A stretch of 28,867 nucleotides of DNA from an uncultured Chitinophagaceae bacterium (lineage in GTDB: Bacteria; Bacteroidota; Ignavibacteria; UBA10030; UBA8401): assembly GCA_964463935.1 (NCBI GenBank), contig CAYXEE010000001.1, positions 2,581 through 31,447 on the forward strand, given 5' to 3'. A program made the translations under genes and the position numbers. Each line of letters begins with the position of its first letter. The stretch's first letter is position 1. Shown in pieces: positions 26,940-28,867 of the stretch. The notes under the pieces are model-generated. The model did no database searches and was not told the DNA's origin. It worked only from the letters and a program-made list of their open reading frames with translations.

Positions 26940-27124
26940 CCTCGCTACAAAGTTCAGTTTAGTCCAGACCTAACAGGTTTTTAAAACCTGTTAGGTCTTT
27001 TAAGGAAAAATATTATCACCTCGTTACAAAGCTCTGCTTTGTAACGAATACAATATGTTCCCAAACAGAGTTTGGGAACAAGAAAAAAAAATACCTCGCA
27101 GGTTTCAAAAACCTGTGAGGTATT
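26940..27124. repeat. Cluster of four REP-like hairpins
   Basis: AGACCTAACAGGTTTT-T-AAAACCTGTTAGGTCT (26966-26998); TCGTTACAAAGC-TCT-GCTTTGTAACGA (27021-27047); TGTTCCCAAAC-AGA-GTTTGGGAACA (27056-27080); AATACCTCGCAGGTTT-CAA-AAACCTGTGAGGTATT (27090-27124). Confidence 0.9.
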
Positions 27125-27139
27125 TACAAGGAAAACATT

Positions 27140-27691
27140 ATGGCAAAAAATTCTATCGGACTAATTGAACTCAGCAGCGTGGCTGCCGGCTACCAAGTAA
27201 CAGATGCAATGCTGAAAGCGGCTGATACGGAATTGATTCTTTCCCGCTCTATCTGTTCGGGAAAATATATGGTAATGGTGCGCGGCGATGTTTCCGCCGT
27301 TGAAGCAAGCGTTGAAGCGGGAAAAGCGCTTGGAGATTTTTCTCTTATAGATTCATTCGTTATTCCCAATGTGCACGAATCAATTTTTCCTGCTATCGGC
27401 GGAACATCAAAAGTGGAAGTGCTGGAAGCGCTGGGAATAATTGAAGCATTTTCCGTTGCATCGTTGATTGAAGGAGCGGACGCCGCCGCAAAATCCGCAA
27501 ATGTGCAATTGATTGAAGTGCGTCTTGCAATGGCGCTCGGCGGAAAAGCATTTGTTACGCTCACCGGCGATGTTGCCGCCGTGCAAAATGCTGTCGATGT
27601 CGGCGCAAAACTTATCGGCAAAAAAGGATTGCTGGTAAACTTTGTTGTAATTCCGCGCCCGCGCCCGGAATTATTGAGCGATATGATTTAA
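27140..27691 (+). CDS. pduT: Tandem-domain bacterial microcompartment shell protein (BMC-T, PduT-like)
   Basis: Two BMC domains (SIGLIELSSVAAGYQVTDAMLKAA...GDVSAVEASV; ALGIIEAFSVASLIEGADAAAKSA...GDVAAVQNAV...VIPRP). The SICSGKY Cys corresponds to the PduT pore Fe-S ligand position. An AAGGA SD is present. Confidence 0.9.
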   Translation: MAKNSIGLIELSSVAAGYQVTDAMLKAADTELILSRSICSGKYMVMVRGDVSAVEASVEAGKALGDFSLIDSFVIPNVHESIFPAIGGTSKVEVLEALGIIEAFSVASLIEGADAAAKSANVQLIEVRLAMALGGKAFVTLTGDVAAVQNAVDVGAKLIGKKGLLVNFVVIPRPRPELLSDMI

Positions 27692-27708
27692 GATTATTAG
27701 ATTTTTGG

Positions 27709-27818
27709 GTAGCGTCTCAGTTTGAATGTTAATCATACCACTTACGTCATTCCCGCACGCTTTTAGCGGGAATCCCTTCGGGACGGGCATGACGATTGAA
27801 TTGAAAGCGAGACACTAC
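27709..27818. repeat. Nested REP-like element: GTAG-type outer arms enclosing a GTCATTCCCGC hairpin
   Basis: GTAGCGTCTC (27709-27718) / GAGACACTAC (27809-27818) flank GTCATTCCCGCACGCTTTTAGCGGGAATCC...CATGAC (27746-27793). Confidence 0.75.
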
Positions 27819-27890
27819 CGATTTTTTTTAGTCTTGTGTTTTTTGTTTGCCATTTTTCTATATTCACTGTACATCATCTAAGGATGTATA

Positions 27891-28867
27891 ATGAAAAAAA
27901 ATATTTTTTATACGGTTCTTAATGCTGCATTACTGAACAGTTTTTTTATTCTTAATGCGCAAGAAACCGCTGTTGACTTCTCGCTCGATTCGCTGTTGAA
28001 TACGCCGATTAACGCCGCCGCAAAATACGACCAAACAATCAATCAAGTTCCTTCTTCCGTTACAATTATTACTTCGGATGATATTGAGCGCTGCGGATTT
28101 CGAACCCTGGAAGACATCTTGAACACTGTTCGCGGTTTTTACACTTCATACGATAGAAACTATACCTATATCGGCGTGCGCGGATTCAGCCGTCCGACCG
28201 ATTATAATAACAGAATTTTACTTCTGCTTGATGGACACACAGTAAACGAAAATGTGTATGGTTCTTCATTCTGGGGAACTGATTTTGTTGTAGATTTACG
28301 CGCAGTGGACCGTATAGAAATTATCCGCGGACCAGGTTCTGTTTTATACGGAACAGGAGCAATGTTTTCTGTTATCAATGTAATTATAAAAAAACCCGGT
28401 ACTATTGAAGGCGCGCGCATCAGCGGAGAGTTTGGAAGCCGCGGCGAAAAGAATGCTTCTATACGGTACAGCAAAGAAATTTCTAGTATTGATTTTTTTG
28501 CCGCCGGTACCGCAACGAAAACCGCCGGAGAAAATATTTTTTACCGCGAATACGATTCCGCTAAAACGAATTTTGGAATTGCTAAAAATCTCGATTATGA
28601 CAATCACGCAGGATTGTATGTGCGAGCAACGCGTAAAAATTATTCGCTGACAAGTTACATTATGTCCCGCGCCAAAGGAATTCCGACTGGAGCATTTTCA
28701 ACGGATTTTAATAATCCGAATACCATGACGTTCGACCAGCGAAAAAATATTACATTTACTTACAAAAGAGATATCTCGTACAATAAATTTTTTAATTTCA
28801 GCGCGTCGGCAGACCGATATGATTATTTTGGCACCTATCCATACGGCGGGAAAAATACGCACGATGC
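27891..28867 (+). CDS. TonB-dependent outer-membrane receptor, 3' truncated (not in the ORF track)
   Basis: Manual translation: signal peptide MKKNIFY...ILNA|Q, then SLDSLLNTPINAAAKYDQTINQVPSSVTIITSDDI...[21 protein letters not shown]...DRIEIIRGPGSVLYGTGAMFSVINVI (plug domain), open to the window end. Confidence 0.95.
   Translation, partial: MKKNIFYTVLNAALLNSFFILNAQETAVDFSLDSLLNTPINAAAKYDQTINQVPSSVTIITSDDIERCGFRTLEDILNTVRGFYTSYDRNYTYIGVRGFSRPTDYNNRILLLLDGHTVNENVYGSSFWGTDFVVDLRAVDRIEIIRGPGSVLYGTGAMFSVINVIIKKPGTIEGARISGEFGSRGEKNASIRYSKEISSIDFFAAGTATKTAGENIFYREYDSAKTNFGIAKNLDYDNHAGLYVRATRKNYSLTSYIMSRAKGIPTGAFSTDFNNPNTMTFDQRKNITFTYKRDISYNKFFNFSASADRYDYFGTYPYGGKNTHD

Noticed and set aside
26940-27124. 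CRISPR array
   Set aside because: The hairpins differ in sequence and length, there is no constant repeat-spacer period, and no cas genes are present.

Overview
Bacterial chromosomal window, most consistent with the FCB group (Ignavibacteria/Bacteroidota-like). This is an inference from Gln+1 signal peptides, T9SS-cargo-like proteins, a TonB receptor and clear SD motifs. The left 17.8 kb is a minus-strand surface-protein locus: a stand-alone BldC/excisionase-like HTH gene, a 5177-aa Thr/Gly/Ser/Asn-rich beta-helix adhesin-like protein carrying an apparently identical 4573-bp internal direct repeat (7068-11640 = 12402-16974), a 355-aa secreted fibre-like protein, and a truncated third secreted protein. 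That third gene has a 15-bp inverted repeat around its signal-peptide region and a ~93% identical copy of the giant gene's 3' end. The middle holds msrA, whose signal peptide lies out of frame, and two unknown lipoproteins. Next is an AT-richer accessory/defence module flanked by a 27-bp direct repeat: a RelE/HigB toxin - Xre antitoxin - SecB-like chaperone (TAC) operon with its own promoter/operator, plus a frameshifted Type IIG restriction-modification gene. The right end has a pduS-pduT-like microcompartment pair and a partial TonB-dependent receptor. Intergenic regions in the right third are packed with nested REP-like palindromes. All alignments and counts were done by eye; no database searches were run.
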